Positions 13,621 to 29,500 of a stretch of DNA of 64,000 bases are shown here, piece after piece. The stretch is from Azolla caroliniana (lineage: Eukaryota > Plantae > Polypodiophyta): assembly GCA_043228905.1 (NCBI GenBank), contig JBHGNT010000005.1, forward strand, positions 7,130,001 through 7,194,000, written 5' to 3'. The position numbers were made by a program, and so were the translations under genes. Below the pieces are notes generated by a model. That model was not told the DNA's origin, did no database searches, and saw nothing but the letters and a program-made list of their open reading frames with translations. Positions within the stretch are counted from its first letter, which is position 1; every line of letters begins with the position of its first letter.

Positions 13621-14755
13621 GGCCACATAAAGTAATCACAACATTAACTTATTGAATGCAATCCACCTTTCATGGAAAGTGAGGTCACATTGGAAAGCCA
13701 TACCAATTGAACATACATATTTAGAGGCAAGGAGACAGCAACCATTCCACCAATCACAGAATATACAAAGTTTACCTTCTATAGGGAGTGAAGACACTTG
13801 TTCATTTTCAAAATATATTACCACTACGAACTAAAGTCAATTCATCACAGGGCAAATGTTTACATCTTGTTTAGCTACAGCCTACATTTATTATTAATGT
13901 CTTAAGCTTCATATCTTGTTTAGTTGCAATTGTTATTAACTAGTATACACATGCACACATTGCACTCAAAAAATAATTACTATCACAATGTTGATGACTT
14001 ATTGTGATTTACCACTCATAAATTTGAAATGTTTCGTTGGTCATTGACAATCTATACTATTCAATGGATGCACTCTTTTTGTTAGTAAACTTGTGAAATG
14101 GTTAGGTACAAAACTAAAAAAATAAATGCTTCCGTTCTTGCAGGAAAGTATTACCTCAACTAAGGACGAATCACTAATGAATCCAATGCCACTCCCTTGC
14201 AACTATTGACTCTGTAATTACTATTGAAATATTCGTCTAGTACAAGAGAAGAGTGATACTAAGAGATTTCCTTGATAAACAACCAGCCTAGTTTTTGTTT
14301 TTGAACTATATGATACTACATGTAGGAAATCTTAAGACAAGGTTGAACACCTACTATGAGCAGATATAGGGTAGGAACTTGGAGATCCACTGATCCTTCA
14401 CAAAGCATTAAAAAGAAAGTACGTGTAGAAAAGCTCTCAATGCCATGAGTAGAAGAAAGCATGTAAAGACATTTGCAAGTGATTTACCCACTTGTATCAT
14501 ATATATAAATATACCCAGTTCAGAAACCATGAAATAACAAATAAATTTCAATATATTACTTGATTGAATTCATTGACAAAATATAATGTTAGAAAAGGAA
14601 TAAGGCATAAACAATGCAACCCTACAGGGTAGGGGAGTAAGGCACTTTGTAGTGATAACGAAAAAAATGACCAAAACAATATTTCAGAACTCAATAAAGA
14701 ATTTTGAGTGTTTGTGCAACACTAGAATGGAATACACACAACACCCTTTTCCCTA

Positions 14756-17700
14756 TCATACATTGGAATTAGATATCCAAGAACTCGATTGTGTAAGCGA
14801 AGAACCCAATCTTGCAGCTATGCGAATCTCACTCATTGGAAGAGGCTGCTGAGTGAGAAGAGATGGAGATGTAGATGGCAATAGTGTGAACTGTGCTGCT
14901 GGATCTTGTATTCTGTACTGAGCTGCTGATCCTCCACTGTCAGAGCTGAATGTCATAACACCATTAACCAACACAAATAAAGGATCCAAAAGATTTTCTC
15001 ATTGTCATTTTCTTTTAGTTTAATTATTTTCTACAACTAAGACAAACATTTCTTGCAGGTCTCTTCCAATATTTTTTAGTATTTTTTATTTTTCCCACAG
15101 TTAGGAAAGCAGTTAATCTTTCCAATATCTTTTTTGGAACTTCGACAAGCAATTTCTTGAAGGGATTTGGCCTACGCATAGCCATGAAAGCTGTGTAACA
15201 TAACAAGAACATAAAAAGAACAAAGACACTACTTGCAGATTCTGCTGATAATAACAAAAAAAATCTATTGGAAAAATATTTTCCATTGCTTTTATGCATT
15301 TTCAGTAGTTGTAAGTAGCTGCAATGATAATACACGCACATTGTGCTATTATACAAATGAAGATATATGGCCTTAGCATAAGTTAAAATTTTATCGAAAA
15401 GATTTCGGTTATTTAGCAGAACTTGCACGTTGTAACACTACAAAGGGAAGTACTTGCATATTGTGATGCTACACAATTGCAGTGATATGGGCTAAGCATA
15501 GCCATTAGAGGTAAAAAAATATTTTCTACTGTTTGGCAGCTCCATGCAAAGAAAACAATTCAGGCGAGAAATAAATATTTGACTTTCTTATCATTATCGT
15601 GAAATCTGGAGTTCATCACATCAACATTCCATTTGTTTGGCATTACAATCTTGGTGATGGATTTCTCAATCAATTGATAGATTGAGAGGTCAGAATTGTT
15701 GCATCTTTTTAAATACATAACATGCTATCTTGTAAAGTTAAATGATGTAAGATTTCATTCTCAAGTGGCCAGATAACATTGTTTGTCCTCTCTTTTTTCT
15801 ATAGATGCATGTCTGACTGACTATCGCCTACGCCCATGCTTGAGCAAGGTGTTATTGTAACTGAGAAGAAGAAATTGTCCTTGCTTTGTTTAGTTACTAA
15901 AGCTCCCTGATTATGCTTGGAACATCTTAAAATATCAAGCAGATTCAGTATTAAGTTCACTAGGAAAATACCTTGTATAGCTGCTGAAGCCATTCTCATC
16001 AACATCATCACTGTCATCATCATGAAGAGAGACTCCACGTGAATGATAAGAGCTAAAATTCCGTGTAGAATTAGACCATTTTGGCACAGGAGTTTTTGTA
16101 ATATCTTCACCTAAATATCTCTTCTTGATTAACTGCATCAAAAACAGATCCATTAAAAAAAGTGACAAAGAGCTACATTCCAACAATATCCATGGTATCG
16201 TACAGTACTTACACCACAGAAAAAATGTTTAACCGCTTCCATATCCAGACGGCCTTCAGTAGCACACTGTAGCAATCATGTTGTAAAACAATTTCTTTTT
16301 AATGGCAATGTTAATAGCATTTTTACCACAATATATTTCTCCTGCTCTTCTTTTTTGCTGAGAGTAGGCTCTATTTATTTTGTAGGATATAGCCTTTATG
16401 TTTTCTTTTGCAAATAACAGTATTTATATTTCTTTTTTTCTTTGCCAAAATAAAATATGCAGAGAAATAGGACATAAAATTTATTTTGGCAAATAGAAAT
16501 GTTCATATTTTGCATTTCTTTTTGGGAAAAAAATGTCTTATATAAACTCTCTACTACTTACAGCAACAAGCCCACTATTTCCAGGGAAAGTTTCTGTGAC
16601 AGGAAGTTCGTCACCACTTGAAAGAAAACCTTGTTTCTCAACCCATTGTCGGGCAACATCTACAAGATTGCCACTACTTCCACCATGTTTTGGCACAACG
16701 TCTGTTTTATTTCCTATCACAAGAAATGGAACAGGGATACCAGCTGTGGTAAATGTGGACATAGGCACCGAAAAAGTCCCACGTGCAGCGATTTCTGCTG
16801 CCCATCTTTGTAAGTTTAACTTTGTCTTCCTCTGCGAAAGGTCATGAACAAAGATAACACCTGTATATACCCCCCAAAAAGAAAATGGAAAATGAAAAAT
16901 GGTGAGAACAAAAACAGAGAAAATAAAAACAGCATGAAAAGGAAAAAAAATTAACACTAATAAACATTTGACAATTGAGGCTTGTTCATTTAGGCATGTC
17001 CACCAAAATATCAAGTTTCCATTCTCACCATTTATTTGAGAGTAAAAAAGTGACCGACAATCTTTATAACGATCATGCCCAGACAAATCCCACAATTCGA
17101 CGAAGAAATCACGTTCTCTTCCAACTAACAAGCTATTTGGAGTTGAGCTTCCATTGTTGCTGGGATAGGTTATATGCTGCGAACATTATTATTAAGAAAT
17201 TTATAGTTCAGTGTATGTTGATACACTATTTCGGAGAGCATGTACTTTGTTTCATTTTTCTCAACAATATTTTCTTCCTTTGCAGGAGAGGAGATAATGA
17301 CCTTAACTTCCACGCTGCATCCTACAGTCCGACGAGGAGTCGAAACTGGTTTTCCATGCAAAATTAGCTGTACCAATGATGTCTTTCCTACTCCTGTCAA
17401 ACATAAGAAAGGTTTTGTTTAGTATATCACAAGCTGGTTTTGTGTTTTGTTTTTATCTTGAGGTGCATGAGACCAGACATTTGTATTAATATGTAAATTT
17501 GATGAGATGAGACATTATTCTAAGGTAATTCTCAAGAGCAAAATTGTTATAAAAAAATGTCATTCTCTTATAATGACTGATAACATCTTGGGAAGCTTCA
17601 GGGACAGCTATTTCAGATTTCAAAAGTGGATATCAGTTGTGTTCTTGTTAAAGATATGCATTTGAGTGCACATTAAACTGGCCTGTTGTATAAATAAATA

Positions 17701-18631
17701 ATCATGAGATACTCGATTGAAATTGCAGTAGTATATTCAACACAAAATATTGTCGTCAAATTTGAGGAGTGTCACCAACATCTTGATTTTATGTCCTCAA
17801 AGATCAAAAAATACAAAGTAAATTATAAATGGTAAGAGAAGAGAACTATTTATGCAAGAAAGTCACTACTTGGGACACATTGTGTGGTAAGGATAGGGAG
17901 TGGATGGATCGGGAAACATATGTTCTTACTACAAAAATTTTATGAGGTATTCCGAAGAAATGGTGCTATCTTAGACTCTTCTTCCAACAAATAAAGGTGT
18001 GTCTTGATGATCAGTTGAGACAAGGAAAACTATATTCCAATGTTTATGTAATGAATTTCACAACCATCATAATCTACTTTTTAAGAAGACATACATATAC
18101 AAAAATAAAATCCAAATCAGATTAAAGAATAGATCAATGTAATAAATTTGCATGATCTGTCAAGATGTAACATATACACACAGCCGTATGTATATGTGTA
18201 TATATACACATACAAAAAAACCAATGCTGTTAGTGCACACATACGATCTTCAATTTTAATCCTTTTATTTCTTTTTAAATTAATCAAGTTTCATGTAATA
18301 AATTTGCACAACCAATCATAATCTTCTAGTTGATCAAACATTTATAAATGAACCCAAAATCAATTTCAATTTCAATTTAGCCCAACTCAGATTCAAAGCC
18401 AGCTAATATATTGAAACTCAGAAAACATATAGTATATGTAGTGAGACAGAGGGAGAGGGAGTTCAATTTCCTTTCTTCAGAGAGAAAATTGGAATAATTC
18501 TACTAACCTGGATCTCCCACCACAAGCACACGAACTTGGCCAGATGGGCTTTGGGTTGCCTCATCACTGTCATGCTTCTTATCCAACCTAGGGATCATAA
18601 CACCTCTCCTCTTCCTCTGCAGACTGGGCAT
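14756..18631 (-). CDS. LIP1: Small GTPase LIP1 (Light Insensitive Period 1) / RABL3-like
   Basis: Exons 18631 (or in-frame ATG 18598)-18508, 17393-17302, 17176-17029, 16860-16562, 16266-16213, 16132-15972, 14945-14756. Motifs: GQVRVLVVGDPGVGKT, TVGCSVEVK, FFVELWDLSGHDRYKDCRSLFYSQING (His in the G3 box, as in LIP1), VIGNKTD. Confidence 0.93.
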
Positions 18632-19949
18632 GGAAATGCTTCTCCTTCAGTAAAAAGAAAGCTCTGCTGAACAATAAAGAGAGGGAGGGTTGGGGAGGGG
18701 TGTGCGATCTGAGACAGAAACTGAGTAAATAAAAACAAAATTGAATTATGATATGTATGTATACATAATATATAACATGAAACATATTACCGTCCTCCAG
18801 TATATGCATCCTTCCCTGTCTCTGTCTCTGTCTCTGTCTCTGTCGCTCTCTGTTTCTGTCATTCATTTATCAATTTGATCATATATCTTGTGTGTGTGTG
18901 TGTGCGTGTGTGTCACGTGTTTTGGCTTAGAAAAGTGAGTGTCTATTATTATTATAACTTATAACTTATTATAGTAGTATTAGTATTAGTATTAGTATTA
19001 TTGTTTTCTATACCTCAAATTTCTTATTATTTCGTTTCGTTGTCCTCCTCTTCAAACAAGAAAGAAAATAAGCTCTCAAGCCTTTGCATGAATATACATA
19101 TATGTATGTTACTGTATGTATGAATATATTTGTATGTATGTATGTATGTATACATGCATTCTCGTGTATGCTTCATCATGTTTTTAAGGCGTCCCCCAAT
19201 GTCCATATCGTATCCTTCTAACAAACACTTCTCAGGCTTGCTCTATCCCGCGAGATCATCTTCAAAGATCTCGCCTGAAAAATTGTTGAGTGATTTGCAT
19301 GCACGTTTTTGAAGTATACATTACATATTGGAATGGGTATTTTTAGCCCATCAGACATCTCTCGTACTGGCCTCACTTTCAACCTACATGGTTATATCAT
19401 TCTGCAAACGGTGTTCTGCGAAAGCCGTTTCCCCATCTTTAGACTTTTGTACATTTTGTGCTTGTCTTGAAATATCAAACTTTAGCATCTTGTTTTCTAA
19501 TCATACACCTACAAAACCATTTCAATTCCAAAGTATTTATCATAACCAAAACTAATGTCATGCCCTAAAGGTTTAAGGAAGTTGAGGGAAATGATAATAT
19601 TTAGATTGTGAATCATAATAATCAATAAAAACAAGCACTCCCTCTTGAAATTGAGCTTCATTCCATTGTTTTTATGTGCAGCAGAGATTACTTTTGTGAT
19701 AAGAAAGATTGTGGTGTGTGAGTAATGAAAATGTCCCAAGAAAATGTTGTGGTCTGATGGGCTTGAAGTTTCGATTACACTCGCAATCCCTTCATATGCA
19801 CGTTATTAAGACAACATTCAATTAATCAATCATTGTGTTCAATTAGGTCATTCATTTATGCTTAATTTACATGTCATTTAGGAAACCACAAAAAATGTTA
19901 TATCATCAAACCTCGGTAGTGGAACATGAATTTGTTATTTATAGAGGAG

Positions 19950-21660
19950 ATTTTTAGTGAAGGAACAATTCAAATTGCAAGAAGGAGAATTGTGGGCCTT
20001 CCATTTTAGATTGATTGGCAGTGTTATCAATAAAGTGGTGAGAAATTAATAATTTATCATAAACATCTATAAATAACAAAGTCATAAAGCAATAATTTTA
20101 GGAGAAAAAATAGAGAGTGCTAGTAGCCATTATTTGGAAGAGGAGACAAGATAAAGCGGATATATGAATTTTATAATCAAAGAAACAAAAGAGTATGCAC
20201 ACTTAACACATGTTGCAACGTTCACATTAATTGACTTTCAATATAAAATTCAAGACATAAATTTGAGAAGCCTAACTCCATTAGGTGAAACCTTGATTAT
20301 CAATAGCTAAGATTTTACATATTGTGATGATTTTTTTAAAGGAATTCTTGCTAATCTACCTCAAAGTGATATATTAGGTTGGGAATGAGTACCTAATGTA
20401 CTCGTATTATTATTAGAAGACATTATTGTGCACAACCAACAATATTTTACAATAATACTTGTTATCCATTTCAAGTGATGTATTTGATTGGGAAACCTTT
20501 TGTTGGAAAGCATTATATATTATATAACCATCAATTTGTTTTAGTAATACTTGTTATCTACTTCAAAATGATGTATTAAATTGGGAAACCTTAGACAATG
20601 TACTCTTGTTGTTACAAGGCATTCAAAAGGATCTGAGATCGTTTTATTGTTTCTCCCACATAAGCTAGTTATGAAGATTTATTTTATAAAGGAAAACAAA
20701 CATGTAATGATTGGTCGCTATCACGAAGCCATAAAAGAAAGTTTACATTGCAAGACAACATATAGAGATAGAGTTCCTATATGGTGGTTATCACGTTATA
20801 TCCTAGTTTTAGATATCTTACTTTGAAACAAACGCAGTACTAAATATGTCAATCTCTTTGGAATGACTTAGTCCAAAATAACAATATTTCCTTTGTGATT
20901 GAGCCATGCTCCAATACTAAGCAAGGAATCAGTTTTGCTCGTCATCAATTTCTTGAAGGATTAATTGTGGGATTCACCTCTTAGACATAAGAAAGATGGA
21001 AGTCCAAAGAACGTAGCCATGGCCCATAACTAATTGAATGTGCAAGCTTCTTTGATAATTGTTAGACATATTTGCATAATAATGTTGTTTTAGTGATTAT
21101 TCTTTCATAATGATTACAATGATTGCATGACCTTCAACCGTCATGTTTCCAAAGTCAATTCCGGTATTCTCTATAAAGTATACCACCATTTATGTTCTAG
21201 GTTGTACACCCTCAAACATAAATCGAATGAAAGCAAATCAATGAGCCACCATAGGCTCGTATAAATTCAATATTGATGTCCCACCAAGACACTTCAAAGT
21301 ACAAACATTATCTCACGCCAACCACAACGACGCACTTTTCCCTTTTCTTTTCCATAACAACATTTGCATTGAGTATGACATCATTTCAAGAGCATTCCTC
21401 GACCATGGTAGCAAAGGAAGATAATAAGACACCATAGAGGCCATAATTCATTGGACCACCTTAAGCTTGCCCATGAAAAGGCCAATTTTGAGACCTCCAA
21501 TATATAAACTTATCCTCCAACCTTTTGAATACCCATTGAATAAGTTTCACATGGGAAACTGGCACCCAAATTGGATATCCAAGGTGACGACAAATCATAC
21601 AACAACGTACTATCCTTCTTGACCACCCCAACCCTAACACACATTGTTCTATACATTGTG
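19950..21660 (-). mobile_element. Degenerate L1 LINE ORF2 remnant
   Basis: Minus-strand CRHLGYPI...KLIQWVFKRLEDKFIYWRSQNWPF (post-RT YLGxP region). Nucleotide similarity to the copy at about 61500-62900. Confidence 0.7.
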
Positions 21661-21661
21661 C

Positions 21662-21665
<4 letters not shown>

Positions 21666-21728
<63 letters not shown>
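21666..21728. repeat. Compound (CT)n(AT)n microsatellite
   Basis: Directly visible. Confidence 0.95.
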
Positions 21729-21732
<4 letters not shown>

Positions 21733-23367
21733 ATTGTTGCGTGAGCAAACACCATGTCATGTTTGTGCTTGCTTGCCTATCTCTATTTTGTCTCTTGGCG
21801 TTTGACACTCTCACCGTGCCCATGTCTCTAAACTCTTATAGCAACACACACTCCATCCGATTGTCGTGTTCGTGTCTTTAACCTCTCGGAGCAATCATAA
21901 ATTTATGTCATTTTGTTTGTGTCAGGGCTCTATCCTTTGAGCAATACAACTACCGCTATATTACCAACTTATGCTCGTGTTTGTATGCCACACACCACAA
22001 ATGCATGTTTGGCACCACTTTGCTTGTTGTTCCACAAAATACCCTTAATTTGGGACCCACTTTTTTTATTCACATAGCCTACACATGATCAAGAATAATT
22101 TCCATGATATACCCCGACTTGGGACAACGAATAAATTATCAAGGAAACCAAGGGAAGGAAACACTCCCAAACTACACTTCATATGTGACAAGAAACCATT
22201 CTCAAAATATCCCGAACAAGGAAAACATTCCCCCAAACATAGATTGACACATGCGTGATATTCGTGATATTGTCCATGCGCAATATTCTCAATATTCGAG
22301 AATACGAAATGGCCCCAAGAATATTAGAAAACCACTCGTTTTGCAAAATAAATATAAAATATTGATTTATTTATATAAATAAATTTATTTCACCAAAAAA
22401 AGAACAATTATTCATTAATAGATTATAGTGTCAAGAGAGTTTATGAAACTTATTTTTATTAATCAATCAATTAATTAATTTTTAAAAACGAATATTTTTA
22501 TATTTATTATACAAATATGATTAGTATGAATTATGAAGATATGATTAGTTTGAAGTACTATTTTTAATGTCAAAATAAAAATATCCATAAATTTTGAGGG
22601 AATAAAAAGTGAGAATTTAATGAGCCTTTATTTTATTTTATTTATTTATTAAAAATAAAACGAATACTTATAAGTTATACATTTATTATAAAAATCTAGT
22701 AGTGTCAAATCCCCAAGTCCCTCTTTTATTATCCCTATTTATTGTCAAGTTCCTCTTTTTTTTATCCTGAAAATTAAAAAAGACAGTTTTTTTTTTGAGT
22801 TAAACGAATACTTGACCACCCATTCGTATTCGTATTCGGTTGCATTCGAATGGGAAACCCGACGAATGCGAATATGTCAATCTATGCCCCCAAATACATC
22901 TCTCATAAAGGGAGACGAGGAAACATTCCATGATAACAAAAACAACTACATTCCCATAATATACGCTTCACATGGGGCAAAGAAGCATTTTACGAATACC
23001 CCTCGTCCGATGAGTGAGCACGGATAAACTAATGATGAAGCAAATCAAATTGAAAGACACAGAGGAAGAAAGGGCAAATTTCCTCCCAAGGACCCATCGA
23101 GCGAAGGAATCGAGAAGGATCTTACACACAGTCGGGGGGTGTCACCCGACGATTGCCTGAGATTGTACCCTGGTTTGGTTGTGAGATACATCACATGGAA
23201 CCAAAGTAAGAGCAGGAGCCTCGCCAAAAAAATGACGGGTTCTTCATAACATGCGTTCGTTCGTTCGTTCGTTGGGACGGATAGATCTATGTCACACTAC
23301 GTGTCAAATGAATGAATGGCCTTATTATAATTGTCAATTAATTCGATTTTTATATAGAGATCTCATC

Positions 23368-23412
23368 CCATCACGTGAGCCTTTCTTTGGCCCCTCCAAC
23401 CATCACGTGAGC
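23368..23412 (+). promoter_or_regulatory. Paired G-boxes (CACGTG) upstream of the PPR gene
   Basis: CCATCACGTGAGC occurs twice (cores at 23372 and 23404), about 120-160 bp upstream of the ATG at 23532. Confidence 0.45.
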
Positions 23413-23531
23413 TCCAAGAAGAAGAAGAAGAAGAAGAAGAATTATTTCCCCAAATACCCCTCTCCTCTCTCCTCTCGGAGAAAGAAGAAAGAAGAAGGAA
23501 AACGGAGAAAGAAAGGAAAACCAGGAAAGAT

Positions 23532-26500
23532 ATGGAATCGGTGGCTCTGCAGCGATGGCGCCTCAGCCATAGCCATGGCGTTTCTTCTCACCTTCTTCGC
23601 AGCGCCTTCTGGAGCTCGTCCCCTTCTTCCTTCCTTCTAACTCACAGAAGAAACGATCCCCCTCACAAACCTCCCTGCCTCCATCGCACACGAACCTCCG
23701 TCTCCGTCTCCGTGGAGGCAAGCTTGCGTGGGAGCATCCTTCCCTCATCGATTGAAACTGCGAGGTTACTCATCAATTCCTACCACTCTCTCTACCTGAA
23801 TGTTTCTGTCTTATCTGCCTCTCTTTCCTCATATCGTAACCATACGGTCTCATTTCTTTCATTGTCTTTATAAACGAGAGACCGTTGTTATTCGGTCGTA
23901 TCCGCTTGCTGTTTCTCTGCACTAATCCTTTTCAGTCCTTTAGAGATGTTTACTACATCATTATTTATTTGTCTGTTCAAAAGCTTTCACTTTTAGTTCC
24001 TTAGTTTTGTTTTAGCGAGCAAATATTTATTTTGTCAGAACGAATGTAGCCTTAGAAATTCTTCATGTGATAGAGCACATATCACTGTAGTTAAAGAAAA
24101 TGAGCTAAATAAAATGATTAAACTACTTGAACTCTGACAATTAATAAGGTTGGAGTACTAGATAGGTTAAGGATTGGAAAAAGTCAACCTTTTAATGTAA
24201 AAGTACGAATACATCAGTCTCTATAGTTCATGTAGTTCAATCAGTTGGTACACTAGTAGCTAGACTTAAAAGGTTGGCTGAGTCTTGTATTTTAGTGTAT
24301 CCACTAATGTAACCGAATGGACATATTAGTAGTTGAACAGTGTGTAGTATAGTTTCACCATTTCCCATTGCACTCCATTTCGTTTGAGCAAATTAGTAGG
24401 TAAGCTTCATGTTGCTTAGGTTAATTGTTCAATTTCTTTTATTGTTCTTACCTTGACAGCTTTCTTATTTGAGTCTACCTACTAATGTAACCAAATGGGC
24501 ACATTTGTAGTTAGACCTCATGCATTTTAGTTTAATCGTATTCCAACACATTAGCTTGGAGACTTGGTGTAGTTTAGTTTTTAATTATGCCATTCCTTAT
24601 TTACTCTATTACTATCTAGATTAATAAGTTAACTTTTGGTAAAGCCTTCTTTATGACATTATGATGTTATTATATGCCTACATCAGTGGGTAGTATACTG
24701 TATGAGAAAATCTGCTCTTCATTTGTTTTTTTGCCAATTTCCAAATCCCCTTATTCTATGTGGATTTAACATTTTTCAGTGCATTCAGCCCAACGGTCAT
24801 GTTTCCATCCCAACAGTCATCCACACTTTCATGTCGAACTGGTGAAAGATGGGTAATCTTAAGACTTAATGTCATTGATTTGATAAGGATAGGTGGTATA
24901 CTTTATAGCTCAGCTATAATTTCATCATCTGTGAATAATCACAAGCAATTTAGAGTTCTTATGTACGTGTCATACAATATATATATATATATATATATGG
25001 AGTGAAATGGAGACTCAATATTTTCTCTTGGGAGGAACAATTTAATGGAGTCGTCCCTCTCAATCTCTGATACTCAAGTTCATCCTATATGACAATCCAT
25101 ATGAACATTGTATTTAATAGAAATGGATGGCATAAATGATAGTGCAGCTATGATTCCATCATTGGTGAATTATCATAAAAATTGCGTAACTCTTATGGAT
25201 TAAAAATTCAATTGTGTTGGTGTTTTAACGAGAGCCAATAACAGATAATCCTTAGCTATGCTATATAGCAATTCTTGATTTATTAGAAATTAATGAAATT
25301 AACAATTATAATGCTGGAGTTCTAACTCCCCAACACAACCAATCCCCTGAATCTTGAGAGAGGGAGCAGGAACTATATGAGTTTTGGATATTTTACCTTA
25401 TTTTATTAATCCATTTGTTTTCAATCATAGAGAATTTGATGTGATTTTTCATAATCGTTATTATCATTTTTGGACAGTCTTTTGTTAGTCTACGAAACAT
25501 TAGTTTCACAAGAAAAGAAATATTGATTCAATATTTCTTAGTAGGTATGCTTCGGTGGAGGGAAAAGACTCAGAAAGCCCCGTATCTGGAAAACCAAACA
25601 GCGCAGAGGTACAATCAGCAAAGGAGATAAGCTTCTTGATCTTGTGGGTCACAAACCTCGATACTTATATCTATACTTATTGATCAGCACATCTAAAATT
25701 AGTAAATCCAAATGAGATGGAAATTTTGTTATTAGTTCTTTTGCAATGGATCATCAATGGTTACTGGTTGAACAGATTCAATCAGTTTCGAATGTTAAGG
25801 AAGAGGTTTATGGAGCACTAGATTCATTCGTTGCATGGGAATTGGAATTTCCACTTATTGCAGTAAAGAAAGCTCTCCGTACCCTTGAGGTTCAGGAAAA
25901 CTGGATCCGGATTATACAGGTAGGCAGCCTTTTGGTTTTCATGCTCCTAAAACCCCAAAACATCTTAGTTTTTCATTGTTTCCGTAAATGGCCCAAAGTT
26001 ATTGTTATTCCCCAATGCCCATTGTCAACCTCTTCTTGAACAATGATATGTGCTATTTGACCAATTGTGTGGCCAATTCACCCCATTTTTCTCAAATTGA
26101 ATGTGCAACTTTGAAAAATTATATGGCCAATGCATCCCAGTTTTCTCTCTTTTGGGGGGATGACAAGGGGCATTTGGGGAGAGAAGGAGAAAATCAGTAG
26201 TATTTCTGGCTTTTCCATTCTTTATATTTGCTAAATGTTTTGTCCAATAACTGTTTTACTATTTGGTAGCATGCAGGTTTGTAAGTGGATGCTTGGAAAA
26301 GGGCAAGGAAGAACATTGAATACTTACTTTGTCTTGTTAAAGGCGTTCTCTGAGGATGGGAGAATTGATGAAGCTAAAGAGCTTTATAATAAAATATTTA
26401 TGAAGAATATGAGGCACACTCCTTTGAGGTTTTTCCTGCAGATTCTGAAGATGTACAAACGTTATGAAATGAATGAAGAAATCATTGATGTACGCCATCT

Positions 26501-29500
26501 TTTTTCTTCGATGTTCTTTCAAGTACAATAAATAGATGCAGATACCATTTTTTATCCTCTTCTTATTGGAACTGTGAGATTTTAAATCCATGTAGATGTC
26601 CTTTTTGCTGCAATGATTATGGTGTTATTTGTGTGAAATACATATGTTACTCCTTTATGTTTCATTCAGTATGCGGATGATGTAGAAGAGAAATGAATTG
26701 TGGAGTAACAAACATCTTATTTCTTGCGTCTTTTGTCTAGGTCTTTGCAGATTTGGAGGAACTCGAATTGAAACTTGACACAGAAATGGTCAACATAGTT
26801 GCAGAGACTTATGAGAAACTTGGAATGAGTGACAAGGCAGAGAGAGTGCGATTGAAATATCCTGCTTCAGCATATCGTTGGCGCTCAATTGATGGAAGGA
26901 CTAAGAGAATTCCCATCCGTCAACCTTTTATAGTCAGTAAATTTAATCCATCTACTCAAGGTAATGTTGTTAACTTTATTAATCATTATTTTTATTCTGT
27001 ATGTGCATTTATGTATGTATTTCACATATGCATATGTTATGTATACACACAAATTTTGTATATATGTACATGTGAGTGTGGAGAAGAATTTAATTGCGCA
27101 TCATGTGACGCCAATTGGAATATATACTCTTCTAATTCTTAAAACATTTCATGGAGCTAATGAAACAAATAGTGAATTGTAAGCATGTGAGCTTGCTTGA
27201 GAGGTTATGCCTTAATGGACTCTGCAAAAAGCACATGGGTCCTTCCCAGTTTGAAAAACTAACATGATGGTTCAAAAAGGAAACCTTACAAACAAATAGA
27301 AAAATAGGTTGATGTAATTTGATAGTGGGAAAGAGGGCTTGCCATGCATTGAGAGTATATGCAATGGTAACAAACTACATGTTTTGTCTCTTAAGAAATA
27401 CCTATTTGAGCTTCAATGTTTTCCCATGGGGTTGAAGTATAAAAAGTTTCCTAGAATCATGTGGGAAAAAAGTAAAAGGATTCAAAAGACACATAAAAAC
27501 AAAAACTTTGGGTTATTGGATGGATGCAAGATATCAAGAAATGGTTTGGAAAATGGGATGCAATACATGCATGATATGCTAATCGATTCCACCATGAATG
27601 AGGTTTTTTCCAAACACCAATGTATCATGGCTGGAGAAAGATATGAGCCATGGTCACACATAATATTACATATGATGCACCAAACGACAAAATGTCTTCT
27701 CCAAATTAGGAATCTGCTCTAATTAATACTTGCTAGAGTTCATCCCTTTATCTACTATTGGCACCATTGCTTCCATATGAAATAGCTCAAACTCTCTTGG
27801 ATGTGAAATGGAACATTTTGGCACAAGTGAGGAAACTTGTAGGCTATGCATATTTTGCTCTGAACTCATCAACTATCACATTTTGAAAGCCTTTGGTCAC
27901 GTTTGGGACATTATCAATGCAGTTCACTCGCTATTAGGAATCGGCAACGGTTTGGTTTCGGCTCAACCTGTTCGGCCTTGTCCAAACCAAACTGGTTAAG
28001 CCTTAACCAGTTTGGGAGTTTCCAAACTTGAGCCAAACTGGTTCCTAAACTGGTTTAGCCAACCCGATTAAGCCTTAACCGGTTTGGCCCAAATCGGTTC
28101 GGTTCAGCTTGAGCCATTCCAAACCGAGCTCAAACCAGTTAAGGAAGCTCAAGCCCAAACTGAACTGAAACGCCAAACCTTTTAAAAACGGTTTAACAGT
28201 TTGATGCAGGCTTGAGCCAAGCCGTTGCCGATTCCTACTCGCTATGCACATTCCTCTCATGGTCAGGATGTGCACCCTCTATTGTAACATTCATTAATAA
28301 AATTCATGAACATTGAGAGTCATTATTCAATTACTCATATATTATGTGAAGATTTTTCACTTTCAGTCCCATGGGTCATATTTGACCTATGAGGATGATA
28401 ATAAAATTTATCTATCTCCCAACAATAATTCTTTTTCCTAATTCATTAGGATAATCACTAGGTCTCCCCAGGAACTATTTAGACAACCTGCCCTTGACGA
28501 AGTGTACACTACCAATGCCAGCATCTACAAATTAAGAGGATGACCATTGACACTGTACTAGCGTTGATCAATGAATTAAAGATATACGAAGATAATGCAT
28601 GACTGATGATGCAAGGTAGCTGAAGAATGGACAGCAAATTGAAACACTGACAGATGGTAAATGTGAGAATACATAGGGCAAGATAGTCCTTGCACCTGTT
28701 TGAAAACCAAACCTCTCAAAATCAAATAGTAAGAAGTTTAGCTTTTATCAACAAGAGTTACACAAGGGAAGCGACTCAGATCCTTGAGGCAAGAGGTCTC
28801 AAGGTCTAGTCTTCGCATCACATATTTAAGAAAACTTAAAGCAAACAACTAGAACATAGAATTTTTCACAAGGAAGACAATGAGACCAACAACACCCAAT
28901 TTGGATTTTCCTTCTATAGGCAACGGCACCTCTACTTCGTCAGCTTGTTGTAACTTGTCCAACCTCCTAACAAATGTGTGATGGCTCGCGTTTTTCCTCT
29001 TTCACTATAGAATGCAGCTCCTCTATTTCTAGGCTGATCATCCTATATAAATAATGCAAGTAGAGTTTTTCTAGAAAAACGCCGTCCACTCTTGTCGTTG
29101 CTTTTTTTAACTTCTCTTATCATTGTTTTTTTCTCTTCACTCTTGTGGTTGCTGTTTTCTTCATACCTGTTGTTTCTTTTTTATTTATACCTATAACTGC
29201 TTTTTCCTTTACACCTGTAGATGCTTTTTCTTCTATGCCTCTATTAGGTGTGCTTTATCTTCTCTAATAAGGTTTATCCTCAAATTACATGTAATTCCTT
29301 CTCCAAATTATAACTTTGGCCTAAGCCATTTCGTAACTCTCCTTGAACTTGATTCTTAAATTTCTTTCTGCCCCATTCTGCAATTTCTATGTCATTCAGT
29401 GGCATTCACTTCTTCATTTGGATGTTCTCCACTTTTGATCCAAAATCGCTGACACAATAAACAACTATTATGTGAGAGTAAAGAAAAATGGACTCCCCAT

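Noticed and set aside
22000-23240. MITE/Helitron or small gene upstream of the PPR gene
   Set aside because: Recurring CGAATA motifs and AT-rich DNA, but no convincing TIR/TSD pair or spliceable ORF.
28690-29400. LTR or gag remnant in the long PPR intron
   Set aside because: Probably TE-derived, but no termini, TSD or protein motif could be fixed by eye.
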